From NCBI GenBank assembly GCA_965223665.1, contig OZ245011.1, positions 1-64,000 on the forward strand: a stretch of 64,000 nucleotides of DNA, in the 5' to 3' direction. The DNA is from Nitrospinaceae bacterium. GTDB taxonomy: Bacteria > Nitrospinota > Nitrospinia > Nitrospinales > Nitrospinaceae. The stretch's first letter is position 1, and the number at the start of each line of letters is the position of its first letter. Under the pieces are notes generated by a model. The model searched no databases and had not been told where the DNA came from. It saw only the letters and a list, made by a program, of their open reading frames with translations. Made by a program: the position numbers and the translations under genes. Below, one piece after another: positions 38,680 to 48,110 of the stretch.

Positions 38680-38708
38680 AAGATACCGCTGGTTTAGCCC
38701 CATGTCAA
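38680..38708 (-). promoter_or_regulatory. upstream sigma-70 promoter toward flgM
   Basis: Minus strand TTGACA-N17-TATCTT. Confidence 0.6.
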
Positions 38709-38805
38709 GGCAGGTCGTGGTATCCTTTCAAAAATCAATAAGTTATAATTTTGATAATAACAACTCAGTTCAAGGTGTTAAAAAACCTTAATAATTCAAT
38801 AAGTT

Positions 38806-39210
38806 ATGGATATTAAAACTCCACTGGTGGCGGTAGACATTATCATAAAGCTTGAAAATGGCCAGATTGTGTTGATTGAAAGACACAACCCTCCTTATGG
38901 ATGGGCATTACCCGGTGGATTTGTGGAATGTGGCGAATCTCTTGAGGAAGCTGCAGTCAGAGAAGCGAAAGAAGAAATCTGTTTGGACATCCGAAACATT
39001 CAGCAATTTCATACTTATTCCAAACCGGATCGCGATCCCAGGTTTCATTGTGTTTCTACCGTGTTTTTAGCAGAAGCCACTGGAAAACCCCGCGCCGCTT
39101 CAGATGCAAAAAATTGCCAGACTTTTGACCTTAATGCACTTCCGGAAGTTTTAGCTTTTGACCATGGGAAAATCTTGCAGGATTATATTAAATTCAAAAA
39201 AAAAAGTTAA
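38806..39210 (+). CDS. NUDIX hydrolase
   Basis: [25 protein letters not shown] Nudix box; RDPR and LAFDH motifs. Confidence 0.92.
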   Translation: MDIKTPLVAVDIIIKLENGQIVLIERHNPPYGWALPGGFVECGESLEEAAVREAKEEICLDIRNIQQFHTYSKPDRDPRFHCVSTVFLAEATGKPRAASDAKNCQTFDLNALPEVLAFDHGKILQDYIKFKKKS

Positions 39211-39341
39211 CTTAATCTGCTAAATGGCTATCTTAATAAAATGATTTTCTTAAACAATAAACCAATTTAAAACAAATTTTAAAAACCTGGGAAAAGGTAG
39301 CGGAGGGACTTTTTTTAGAGACCTGTGCGTAACGATAAATA

Positions 39342-40376
39342 ATGCAAAACAAACAAAAATTTAAAAGAGTGAGACCCATGTGCACCCTCTTTTCTAAAGA
39401 GGGCTGGGGTGATTCACCTCCAGAGAGTTTCGAAGATCCTGAGAATGAAAAATCCTTATTTTTAAAAAGTAATTGGATGATTTTCTTTTTTGCTGTTCTT
39501 TTTTTGCTTCATTCCGGAAGTATTGCTCAAGGAAAAAGCTTTGATATTTATAAGAAAGTTTTGTGGAGTCAAATAGAAAAGATTTGTAGCTTTGGCCCTC
39601 GTAACCCTGGAAGTGAAGGACATCAAAAATTACGGGATTACATTAAAAAGGCCGCGGCATTTTACGCGGACCGCTGGCGGGAACAAAACTTTCAAGTGCA
39701 GGTTTCCAGTATGCGGCTCCTGCAAATGCAGAATATTGAAATGATTTTTAACGGCCGCGAAAATACAGCTCCAATTTTTATTGGCGCCCACTACGATACG
39801 CGTCCCTTTGCAGATGAAGAGGAAGACGAAACCCTGCGCGATAAACCCATAATGGGGGCCAACGATGGTGGGTCGGGAACGGCGCTCCTTTTAGCTCTGG
39901 CACAATATCTGCGGGAATATAAACCCAAGCGACCGGTTCACCTTGTTTTTTTTGACGGCGAGGATTATGGAGTCAAAGGGTCCGACGAATATTTTTTCGG
40001 CTCGCGCTTTTATGCACGGGAATTATTAGAAAAGGATAAATCCCTATGGCCGTATTGCGTATTAGTGGTCGATATGGTGGGAGATAAAGATTTACAAATT
40101 TTAAAAGAAAACTATTCCGCCAAGAGTGCTCCCTGGTTGTTGGATATTGTGTATGAAGCTGCAAAAGAACAAAACGTTCCGCAGTTTGTTTCCAAATTTG
40201 GCTACTCCATAAGGGACGACCATTTACCTTTTGCACAAATAGGAATCCCTTCTGCAGTTCTTATCGACTTTGATTACCCTCACTGGCACACCGCCCACGA
40301 CACCCTGGATAAAGTCTCCGCCGAAAGCCTGGAAGCCGTTTTTAAGGTTGTTGTCGAAACATTAGAAAAGTTGTGA
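39342..40376 (+). CDS. M28 family peptidase / glutaminyl cyclase-like
   Basis: GAHYDTRP, GANDGGSG, FFDGED, DMVGD, DDHLPF and DFDY..WHT..DT motifs. Probable true start near 39477 (MIFFFAV signal peptide). Confidence 0.88.
   Translation: MQNKQKFKRVRPMCTLFSKEGWGDSPPESFEDPENEKSLFLKSNWMIFFFAVLFLLHSGSIAQGKSFDIYKKVLWSQIEKICSFGPRNPGSEGHQKLRDYIKKAAAFYADRWREQNFQVQVSSMRLLQMQNIEMIFNGRENTAPIFIGAHYDTRPFADEEEDETLRDKPIMGANDGGSGTALLLALAQYLREYKPKRPVHLVFFDGEDYGVKGSDEYFFGSRFYARELLEKDKSLWPYCVLVVDMVGDKDLQILKENYSAKSAPWLLDIVYEAAKEQNVPQFVSKFGYSIRDDHLPFAQIGIPSAVLIDFDYPHWHTAHDTLDKVSAESLEAVFKVVVETLEKL
39385..39423. repeat. palindromic short element (double hairpin)
   Basis: CCCTCTTT-TCT-AAAGAGGG followed by CTGGGGTG-ATT-CACCTCCAG. 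Confidence 0.4.
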
Positions 40377-40444
40377 GATTTTGGGGTGTTAAATAGTTCC
40401 CTTTTTGTTTTAGGTGTATTATTAGGGTTATAACTTTTGAAGAA

Positions 40445-41239
40445 TCAATTCTTAGGAATGAGGTAGCTTTGATAAAGGTCAACGAGTTCTGGGCCAAAGA
40501 ATATAGAAATTAAGGTAGCGAGAGCGAGAAAAGGGCCAAAGGGAATTTGGCTCAGAAAATTTAATCTTTTGACGGCAAGTCCCAAGGTTCCAAAAATAGA
40601 ACCACTTAACGCCCCGATAAAAATAACCAACAGCACTTGCACCCAACCCAGCAAGGCCCCAGCGGCGGCGATGTATTTGATGTCACCCATTCCCATGCCT
40701 TCTACTTTGCGGACTTTAAAGTAGGTCACTGCTAAAAAAATAAAACTCCCGCCGCCAACTAAAAATCCTAAGAGGGAATCAATAAATCCATTCAAGTAAG
40801 TTCCGGCAACGAAACCAAAAACCATTCCCGGAAAGGTGATGATGTTTGGAATAATTTTGTGTTCCGCATCAATCATGGTGATGACCACGAGTGTGGGAAC
40901 TACTATAGAGTATATTAAGCATTCCCAGGTAAATCCGAACTTGTAAAATACTGCCGCCATTAACAGACCAGTGACTAATTCTACGTAAAAATATTTACTG
41001 GGAATATGAACTCCACAAGCGCGGCATTTTCCTTTTAAAAATAGATAACTCAGTATGGGAATGTTATCAATGATACGAATAGCGGTATTACATTTAGGAC
41101 AATGTGACGAGGGTAAAACAACTGACATATCCCGCGGAATTCTTGCGATACAAACATTGGCAAAGCTGCCGGTCATTAGGCCCATGAGAAAACCAAATGC
41201 TGTGAATAGCGGTTGGGGTAGGGTGAGTAAAGAATTCAT
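40445..41239 (-). CDS. pilD: type IV prepilin peptidase/methyltransferase
   Basis: GSFANVCI.R.P, S.CPKC, NIPILSY...KGKCRAC, ID....IIP, GMGMGDIK and IPFGPFL motifs. Confidence 0.93.
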   Translation of the reverse strand: MNSLLTLPQPLFTAFGFLMGLMTGSFANVCIARIPRDMSVVLPSSHCPKCNTAIRIIDNIPILSYLFLKGKCRACGVHIPSKYFYVELVTGLLMAAVFYKFGFTWECLIYSIVVPTLVVITMIDAEHKIIPNIITFPGMVFGFVAGTYLNGFIDSLLGFLVGGGSFIFLAVTYFKVRKVEGMGMGDIKYIAAAGALLGWVQVLLVIFIGALSGSIFGTLGLAVKRLNFLSQIPFGPFLALATLISIFFGPELVDLYQSYLIPKN

Positions 41240-41276
41240 ATTTACTAAGTTAAGTTTCTTTAATAGCTTCTATGTT

Positions 41277-41750
41277 TTACGCTTCATCATTTTTTAAAAG
41301 ACTCGAAATAACGGAATACGTAATTTCTTCATTGAACCCTTGTCGATTGAGAAAAGATTTTAATCGTCTTAATTGTTTCTCAATGGTTAAGTTCTGCATG
41401 CCTTTAAATTTTTTGGAAGCGCATCTTTTGGCTAATTCGAATTCATCCACAGATTGAAAAAATTGGTCAATGATTTGATCGATCAACTTGGGTTCTAATC
41501 CTTTTTGATGTAATTCCTGGCGGATTCGAATTTTCCCAAAGCTTTTTGTTTCTATACGATATTGGGTCCACTTTTCACCAAAGCGAACATCATCGAGATA
41601 ATTTAATTCTTTAAGCTTTTTGATGACGTCGCTTATAGTATCGCAGGAAAATTCCTTTTTGAGAAGGTAGGATCTTATTTCAAATTCACTTCGGTCTCGC
41701 TGAGTCAAATAACGTAAGGCCTTGTTAAGGGCCTTTTTGGTGTCTTCCAT
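41277..41750 (-). CDS. recX: regulatory protein RecX
   Basis: ALRYL..RDRS..E, YLDD.RF, G..RIRQEL.QKG and L.RQGF motifs; directly downstream of recA. Confidence 0.9.
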   Translation of the reverse strand: MEDTKKALNKALRYLTQRDRSEFEIRSYLLKKEFSCDTISDVIKKLKELNYLDDVRFGEKWTQYRIETKSFGKIRIRQELHQKGLEPKLIDQIIDQFFQSVDEFELAKRCASKKFKGMQNLTIEKQLRRLKSFLNRQGFNEEITYSVISSLLKNDEA

Positions 41751-41767
41751 AGGCAGAAAACTTATTA

Positions 41768-42844
41768 TTAAGACCCGGATTTAGCTGCTTTTTTACCTTT
41801 TCCTGAAGCCTTTTCTTCTTCTGGGGATGAGTTGGTTTCTTCCTTGGGAACCAAATTCAGTTTTTCCCGAAGTTGGGTTTCAATTTCATTATAAATGTCA
41901 GGATTACTTTCCAGAAAATTCTTTGAATTTTCCCGCCCCTGACCGATACGGTTTTCTTTGTAGGAGAACCAAGTGCCGCTTTTGTTCACGATTCCTTCTT
42001 TAACTGCCAGATCTAACAGATCACCGGACTTAGAAATGCCTTTGCCATAGACAATATCGAATTCGCAATCGCGAAAAGGAGGAGCTAATTTGTTTTTAAC
42101 AACTTTAACGCGAGTACGGTTACCGATCACTTTATCGCCATCTTTTAAAGCTGCGATTCTTCGGATGTCTAAACGAAGAGAGGAATAAAACTTCAAAGCA
42201 TTTCCACCAGTGGTGGTTTCCGGACTTCCAAACATGACCCCAATCTTCATGCGCAACTGGTTAATGAATATTAGAGCTGTGTTGGATTTATTAATGACTC
42301 CGGTCAGTTTCCTCATGGCTTGTGACATGAGCCGTGCTTGCAAACCCATGTGGGAATCTCCCATTTCGCCGTCCAACTCTGCTTTAGGAACCAGGGCGGC
42401 CACGGAATCCACCACAATAACATCGACTGCACCACTGCGAACGAGGACTTCAGCGATTTCCAGAGTTTGCTCACCCGTATCGGGTTGCGAAAGCAAGAGG
42501 TCATCCAATTGGACCCCCAGGTTTTTTGCGTAATTTGGATCCAGTGCATGTTCGGCATCGATAAAAGCAGCTACTCCACCATTTTTTTGAGCTTGAGCTA
42601 GAATATGTAAGGTTAAACTGGTTTTTCCTGAAGCTTCGGGACCGTAAATTTCGGTGATTCGACCACGGGGTACGCCGCCAATTCCCAGGATGTTGTCCAA
42701 TGAAATTGATCCGGTAGAAATAACGGAGATTCCTTTTTGGGCTTGAGTTTGACCCAATTTCATTATGGATCCCTTGCCGAATTGTTTTTCGATTTGAGAG
42801 AAAGCAAGATCCAGCGCTTTTTCTTTTTCGTTATCGATTGCCAT
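41768..42844 (-). CDS. recA: recombinase RecA
   Basis: [48 protein letters not shown] and GGNALKFY motifs. Confidence 0.99.
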   Translation of the reverse strand: MAIDNEKEKALDLAFSQIEKQFGKGSIMKLGQTQAQKGISVISTGSISLDNILGIGGVPRGRITEIYGPEASGKTSLTLHILAQAQKNGGVAAFIDAEHALDPNYAKNLGVQLDDLLLSQPDTGEQTLEIAEVLVRSGAVDVIVVDSVAALVPKAELDGEMGDSHMGLQARLMSQAMRKLTGVINKSNTALIFINQLRMKIGVMFGSPETTTGGNALKFYSSLRLDIRRIAALKDGDKVIGNRTRVKVVKNKLAPPFRDCEFDIVYGKGISKSGDLLDLAVKEGIVNKSGTWFSYKENRIGQGRENSKNFLESNPDIYNEIETQLREKLNLVPKEETNSSPEEEKASGKGKKAAKSGS

Positions 42845-42897
42845 GTTTATTCCTCTCTGGTTAAAATTCTAGTTCTGCAAAGTATATGTTTTTATTT

Positions 42898-43479
42898 TCA
42901 TTCTTCCAAACAGAATTTTTCCAAAACTGTATAAACGGGCCCTTGTCGGGTCAATTTACTTCTATATAAATTAATCTTTGAAATTTCAAAGGTTTTGAGT
43001 GGGGTAAGTTTGAATGTTTTAACTTCTTCGAGAAATCGATCCACATTTTTGGACGATTTGATTCTGGCAAGGGTTAAATGAGGGGAAAACTGTTTTTTTT
43101 CTTTCGGAAATCCTATTTCTTCAAGAGTCTTTTCTATAGACTGGTTTAATTGTTGAAGCTGATCCTCAGGGTCCTCGAGTCCAACCCAAAACACGCGAGG
43201 TCTCGAATAGTTTGGGAAAACTCCTGGCTCACTCAGTAAAACCTCAAATTTTTTTAAGTTTTTAATAATTGAATTTAGGTTTTTTCGAATTTGAGTTATG
43301 GATGAAGATTCTATATCACCCAAAAATTTTAAAGTGAGATGAATATTTTCCGGAGGGACCCAACGTGCGTGAATGTTTAAAGTTTTGAAATAGTTTTGAA
43401 ATTGAGATAAGTGCGCCTGTATTTCTTTTGGTAGTGGGATCGCAATAAAACATCGGATTTGATCAGAATTTATTGCCAT
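42898..43479 (-). CDS. thpR: RNA 2',3'-cyclic phosphodiesterase
   Basis: RCFIAI plus two HxT motifs (HLTLKFLG, HLTLAR). Confidence 0.92.
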   Translation of the reverse strand: MAINSDQIRCFIAIPLPKEIQAHLSQFQNYFKTLNIHARWVPPENIHLTLKFLGDIESSSITQIRKNLNSIIKNLKKFEVLLSEPGVFPNYSRPRVFWVGLEDPEDQLQQLNQSIEKTLEEIGFPKEKKQFSPHLTLARIKSSKNVDRFLEEVKTFKLTPLKTFEISKINLYRSKLTRQGPVYTVLEKFCLEE

Positions 43480-43513
43480 ATTACTTTAAAAATTTGGGAG
43501 CAGGAAAAAATAG

Positions 43514-44596
43514 TTAGCTCTCTTGGGCTTTTACCTCATTTGCCAAGTGAATTGTAGAAGTGGGGAATGCGCATTCCGCACCTTCATCATCAATGATTTT
43601 AATTATTTTTAGCATGATGTCCTGTTTAATTTCATGAAAGCGAACCCACTTGGTCGTTTTGGTAAATGTGTAAACAAAAAAATCCAGGGAGGAAGGAGCA
43701 AATGCGTTAAAGTTGACTATCAAAGTTTGGTTGGTGTCGATTTCCGGATGATTCTGCAGCATTTCTTTAACCTTTGAAACAATGATTTCCATTTTTGAGG
43801 CATCATCGTACCGAATTCCTATGGTTTCATAGATTCTTCGGTTTCGCATTCTTTGAGGATTTTCTACAGCAATATTGGCAAAGATTGAGTTGGGTACATA
43901 GAGGGGACGTTTGTCAAAGGTACGAATTCGAGTTTGCCGCCAACCAATTTTCTCAACGGTGCCTTCAATATTTCTATCAGGAGATCGCACCCAATCTCCA
44001 ACCGAAAAAGGTCGATCAAGATAAATCATCAATCCGCCAAAAAAATTTGCTAATAAGTCCCGGGCGGCAAAGCCTATAGCAATTCCACCAATACCTCCAA
44101 AAGCCAATACTCCAGAAATACTAAAGCCCATGGTTTGAAGGACCACTAAAACTGCTGTGATGACCACTGATACCTTTAACAATTTTGCAATAGCATCCAC
44201 GGTGGTGGGATCAACATCTTTATCCGAATGGATAAAATTATTTTCTGCGCGCTTAATAAATTGAACCAAAAACCAGGCAAAGGCAAAAATAATTAATGCA
44301 TCTCGAATAGGGCCCGCGGCACTAAATAACTCTGCTCCTGTTGATTTTTTGATGATTTGGGTGGCGAAATAAATACCGCAAACCCAGATGATTACACTTA
44401 TGGGTTTTTTAATCGAAAAAAAGAATGCGTCATCCCAAAGGTTTTTGGTGTTTTCAACCTTTTTTAGGATGCGATTAAAAATGGCTCTCTGAAAAAAGTC
44501 CAACAGGAGAGCGACAAAAATAACAACAAATACTTGAAGAATATAATTATTATCTTTGGTCAAAAAACCGATTATCTTTTCCGGACTGATTTCCAT
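43514..44596 (-). CDS. mechanosensitive channel, MscS family (YnaI-like)
   Basis: GGIGGIAIGFAARD.LANFFGG, DRPFSVGDW, GTVE.IGWR.T and AFPT motifs. Confidence 0.92.
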   Translation of the reverse strand: MEISPEKIIGFLTKDNNYILQVFVVIFVALLLDFFQRAIFNRILKKVENTKNLWDDAFFFSIKKPISVIIWVCGIYFATQIIKKSTGAELFSAAGPIRDALIIFAFAWFLVQFIKRAENNFIHSDKDVDPTTVDAIAKLLKVSVVITAVLVVLQTMGFSISGVLAFGGIGGIAIGFAARDLLANFFGGLMIYLDRPFSVGDWVRSPDRNIEGTVEKIGWRQTRIRTFDKRPLYVPNSIFANIAVENPQRMRNRRIYETIGIRYDDASKMEIIVSKVKEMLQNHPEIDTNQTLIVNFNAFAPSSLDFFVYTFTKTTKWVRFHEIKQDIMLKIIKIIDDEGAECAFPTSTIHLANEVKAQES

Positions 44597-44713
44597 TTTG
44601 AAAATTTTACTTTTGTAAGTTTGGGTTAAACAAGAGGTCTATTTTACCAAATTCAATTTAATTTAGGCGGGGATTTTATGTCGGGGATATGAAATTTTAT
44701 TGGTAAGAAATAA

Positions 44714-44989
44714 CTATTTTAAAAATTTTGTCCAATCTGAAACTTCTTTAAGCCGAGGGGCATAATCTACATCATCCAGGGAAGATCTATTGAAAATCCT
44801 TGAAAATGAGTTGGAAATCTTTTCTTTTGTTAATTCGAAAAAAGAAGGGCTGTTTTCAAAATACTGTTTTATCATTTGACGCCTTAAAACGGCCTTGTAA
44901 ACCTGAGGACTAAGGTTGCCTTGGCTAAGCCTGTGACTTAAAATACGCAACCCGCCAGAATTCAAATAATATCTTGATACTTTATTCAT
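44714..44989 (-). CDS. hypothetical protein
   Basis: 91-aa ORF in an intergenic gap; no family recognised. Confidence 0.45.
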   Translation of the reverse strand: MNKVSRYYLNSGGLRILSHRLSQGNLSPQVYKAVLRRQMIKQYFENSPSFFELTKEKISNSFSRIFNRSSLDDVDYAPRLKEVSDWTKFLK

Positions 44990-45112
44990 AAAAATTAATT
45001 CGGAAAATTAGGGGGAAATATTGGCTTCTATCCGTTAAATTAAATTGTAAGGATAAATTTATGTAATCTTCGGGGTAATCTTGTTAGATTTCCCAATTAA
45101 TTAGAGTATCGG

Positions 45113-45919
45113 ATGACTTTTTACAAAGCATTAGCAATGTGTTTGGTTGTAAGCAGTTTTATTTCTGGGTGTGGAACCGGGATAAATGAAAATGAAATTG
45201 AAGCTGTTGTGGTAAACATGCATTCTGATTTGGGATTTAAACCTCCAAAAAGGAAAACGATTTCCGAAGAATTTAACAATAAGGCAACACAGTCTTCTTT
45301 GTCAGAAAAAAATGTAGAAGCTATTTTGCCGCATAATAAAATTCCTGATTCTAAATTTAATTCTGATTTGAATTATCAAAATTTAGAGCGATACGAGTTT
45401 TTGACTTCATTTCACCGCGATTCCTTAAATAAAAAGTATTACCCCACGAAAGGACATGAGAAGAAGAAATTGGAGAAGAGAGACGGGATTTATAAAATGG
45501 AAAAGCCTATCGTATTAGCAGGTAAAGGGTTTAATATAAAAACATTTGAGCATCATGCTTCGGGTCGAATAAAAATGAACCCCAGGCGATTTTTAATTTC
45601 TAGGTCTCCAGTGATTCCTGAAAAAGCATTAGAAGAACATATGGATCCAAATGATGAAAACCTTAAAGCTTATAGACCTATAATTTTTCATAGTAGGGCA
45701 ACAGGATTTAATTCAACAATTAAACAGAATCATATTCAAGAAGCAGAATCATCTTTAAAGTATCAAGTACCTCAAGCCAGACCTATTTCCCATTCGAAAG
45801 TGTTAATGTACCGAGAAGAAAAAGCTGATGTGAAATTGAAGCCCAGCCTCCAAAAAATAGATCTTTTAAAAGGAGACCAAAGTATAAATAAAAGGGATTT
45901 TTATAATCTTCCTCAATAA
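45113..45919 (+). CDS. hypothetical lipoprotein
   Basis: Lipobox ISGC at residue 20; hydrophilic, Lys-rich remainder. Confidence 0.6.
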   Translation: MTFYKALAMCLVVSSFISGCGTGINENEIEAVVVNMHSDLGFKPPKRKTISEEFNNKATQSSLSEKNVEAILPHNKIPDSKFNSDLNYQNLERYEFLTSFHRDSLNKKYYPTKGHEKKKLEKRDGIYKMEKPIVLAGKGFNIKTFEHHASGRIKMNPRRFLISRSPVIPEKALEEHMDPNDENLKAYRPIIFHSRATGFNSTIKQNHIQEAESSLKYQVPQARPISHSKVLMYREEKADVKLKPSLQKIDLLKGDQSINKRDFYNLPQ

Positions 45920-45939
45920 AGTAATAAAGAGGAAAATGC

Positions 45940-46086
45940 CTAGGTAGATTTTCTAAACCAGAAAAATACAATCCAAAATATAAGGACGAATATCCAGACT
46001 AAAATTCGTCGTGGAGAACTGATTCGCGATTGTTTATTTTTTTGCTTGGAATTCGAATAGGTAGGCTCAGTATTGTTTGATTTCAT
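45940..46086 (-). CDS. unannotated membrane microprotein (48 aa)
   Basis: Manual translation MKSNNTEPTYSNSKQKNKQSRISSPRRILVWIFVLIFWIVFFWFRKST*; starts 9 nt after the FGE gene stop; weak RBS. Confidence 0.4.
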   Translation of the reverse strand: MKSNNTEPTYSNSKQKNKQSRISSPRRILVWIFVLIFWIVFFWFRKST

Positions 46087-46095
46087 TTTAAACTT

Positions 46096-47136
46096 TTATG
46101 GGGTTTTTGCACAGCGAAAGCCAAAGCTGTTATTTTTTACTTCAGGATTAAAAAAGCTTCGATTAAAGGTAGGTGCGCTAATTCCACATCCATAGGATAA
46201 GCAGTCAAACCAAGAACCGCCTTTTAAAACTCTTTTGTCTTTACCATACTCCGCTTTTGGAATTGTATTTCCCGGGTGAGGTAAATAGTAAGCGTCGACC
46301 CATTCCCAAACGTTACCGGACATGTCAAAAAGACCATATGGACTTCGGCCTTCCGGGTAGGAACCCACGGGTTCAGTTCCGGTTGAGTTTTTGTAAGGAT
46401 TGTTGGATTTATTTACATCCCAAACATGTCCCCAAGGATAAATATTCCCGTCCAGGCCCCTTGCCGCCTTTTCCCATTCTTGCTCATTGGGTAAGCGCTT
46501 GTCTTTCCATTTGCAGTAGTCGTGGGCATCAAACCAGCTGACATATACAACAGGGTGCTTTTCTTTACCAGGTGGGATATTCCCTTGTGGCCAATGGTGT
46601 GGAGTTTTCCTTTGAGTGGCATCCACAAAAGCTTTATAGTCTTCGTTTGTGACTTCATAAGTATCTATGAAAAATGCGTCTGTTTGACTTATATGTTCAG
46701 GAGATTCATCATCCCATCGCTCATTAGAACCCATAATGAACTCGCCAGCTTCAATGAAAGCCATACCAGGTACTTTAGAATGATTGGCTTTTTTTTGCTT
46801 TTTTAAACTTTTTTTAGAAGCTAAAGAAGGGGGACGGTAAGAGTTCATGCGTTGGTTCGGATGGACATTTTCCAAAAGAATAAATGATTTTGGCTTGTTA
46901 AATGGACTTTGGTTTTTCTTGTCCGTGTTCTCCAAATGGCAAGATTTGCATTTTTCATCCTGGGTTTTATTTTCTTTTGCCTTTAGAATATTTTCAGGTA
47001 AGTGGCATCTGGTGTTGCAAGATTGTTTGTTGTTTTTAAAATTCTCAAATGCTTCCAAATTAATTGGAACCCACATAAAAGCAATGAAAATTATCGATGT
47101 AAGAATAAGTTTGTTATTTGAAGTGATTCGATTCAT
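46096..47136 (-). CDS. secreted FGE/SUMF1-domain protein with N-terminal c-type heme motifs
   Basis: Signal peptide; CNTRCH and CKSCH; FIMGS, EVTN..Y, PVVYVSW.DA, RLPNEQEWEKAARG, DMSGNVWEW, GGSW and GFRC motifs. Confidence 0.88.
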   Translation of the reverse strand: MNRITSNNKLILTSIIFIAFMWVPINLEAFENFKNNKQSCNTRCHLPENILKAKENKTQDEKCKSCHLENTDKKNQSPFNKPKSFILLENVHPNQRMNSYRPPSLASKKSLKKQKKANHSKVPGMAFIEAGEFIMGSNERWDDESPEHISQTDAFFIDTYEVTNEDYKAFVDATQRKTPHHWPQGNIPPGKEKHPVVYVSWFDAHDYCKWKDKRLPNEQEWEKAARGLDGNIYPWGHVWDVNKSNNPYKNSTGTEPVGSYPEGRSPYGLFDMSGNVWEWVDAYYLPHPGNTIPKAEYGKDKRVLKGGSWFDCLSYGCGISAPTFNRSFFNPEVKNNSFGFRCAKTP

Positions 47137-47248
47137 AGATTTTTTTAAGCTATTAATCTTAAAAACTTTTAATATTATTCTTTCTTTAGATTCTATAAAA
47201 TGCCAAAGTGCTAGTCAAAGTGCAAATATTTAAGAGGGCTTTATTTAA

Positions 47249-48076
47249 TTGAACAATTGGCGATGGATAGATGATGGTGCACAGGATGGCGTTAAAAATA
47301 TGGCAACAGACCTTGCCTTACTAAAATCTTGTGAAAAAAATATTGCCGGTCCAACTCTCAGGTTTTATAAATGGTCTCAACCGACAATTTCTATCGGAAA
47401 TTTTCAGAAAGTAGAAAATGACCTGGATTTGAGTCAATGTGTCCAAAAAAATATTTTAGTAGTTCGTCGACCCACTGGGGGACGAGCGATCTTGCATTCA
47501 GATGAAGTAACATACAGTGTGGCAGCTCCAAATTCTCATCCGGATTTTTCTAAAGGTATAAAACAGACTCATTTTATTATAAGCCAGGCTTTGATTTCTG
47601 GTTTAAAAGAATTAGGAGTATGTGACGCCGGAATTAAATATAAAACCAAATGTGATAACACAGGAAATCAAGATCGATCCCCAGCATGTTTTTCAACATT
47701 AAATCATTGTGAGATTGCGGTGAGAGGCAAAAAGCTTATTGGGAGTGCACAGAAACGAACACGTAAAGCTTTCTTGCAGCACGGGTCCATTTTGCTGGGT
47801 TTTAATTCTGAGGAGCTATCAACCCTTTTAAAATTTAAAAATGAAAAAATGCGCGATGATTTCAACATTAAATTGAATAATTCGATCACGGCTTTAAACC
47901 ATTTGGGTATTTCAGTTTTTACATATCATCAAGTTTTAAAAGCTATATTGAAGGGATTTCAAAAGATTTTTCCGGGAGATTGGAAAGAAGGTAGCTTGAG
48001 TAATGATGAGAAGGCTATTGTAAACAAAAGTTTTGAAAAATGGAATGAAACATTTCCTGTAGAAGCGATTATTTAA
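47249..48076 (+). CDS. lipoate--protein ligase family (LipM-like octanoyltransferase)
   Basis: NMA.D.ALL, LRFY.W, RRPTGGRAILH..EVTYS, ACF and KKLIGSAQ.R.....QHGSI motifs. Confidence 0.88.
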   Translation: MNNWRWIDDGAQDGVKNMATDLALLKSCEKNIAGPTLRFYKWSQPTISIGNFQKVENDLDLSQCVQKNILVVRRPTGGRAILHSDEVTYSVAAPNSHPDFSKGIKQTHFIISQALISGLKELGVCDAGIKYKTKCDNTGNQDRSPACFSTLNHCEIAVRGKKLIGSAQKRTRKAFLQHGSILLGFNSEELSTLLKFKNEKMRDDFNIKLNNSITALNHLGISVFTYHQVLKAILKGFQKIFPGDWKEGSLSNDEKAIVNKSFEKWNETFPVEAII

Positions 48077-48110
48077 AACCAAAATTATTCTCCACCAATA
48101 ATTTCATTTT

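Noticed and set aside
42845-42897. LexA/SOS box upstream of recA (also GAACATTCGATG at the radical SAM start)
   Set aside because: No convincing match to CTGT-N8-ACAG or GAAC-N4-GTTC.
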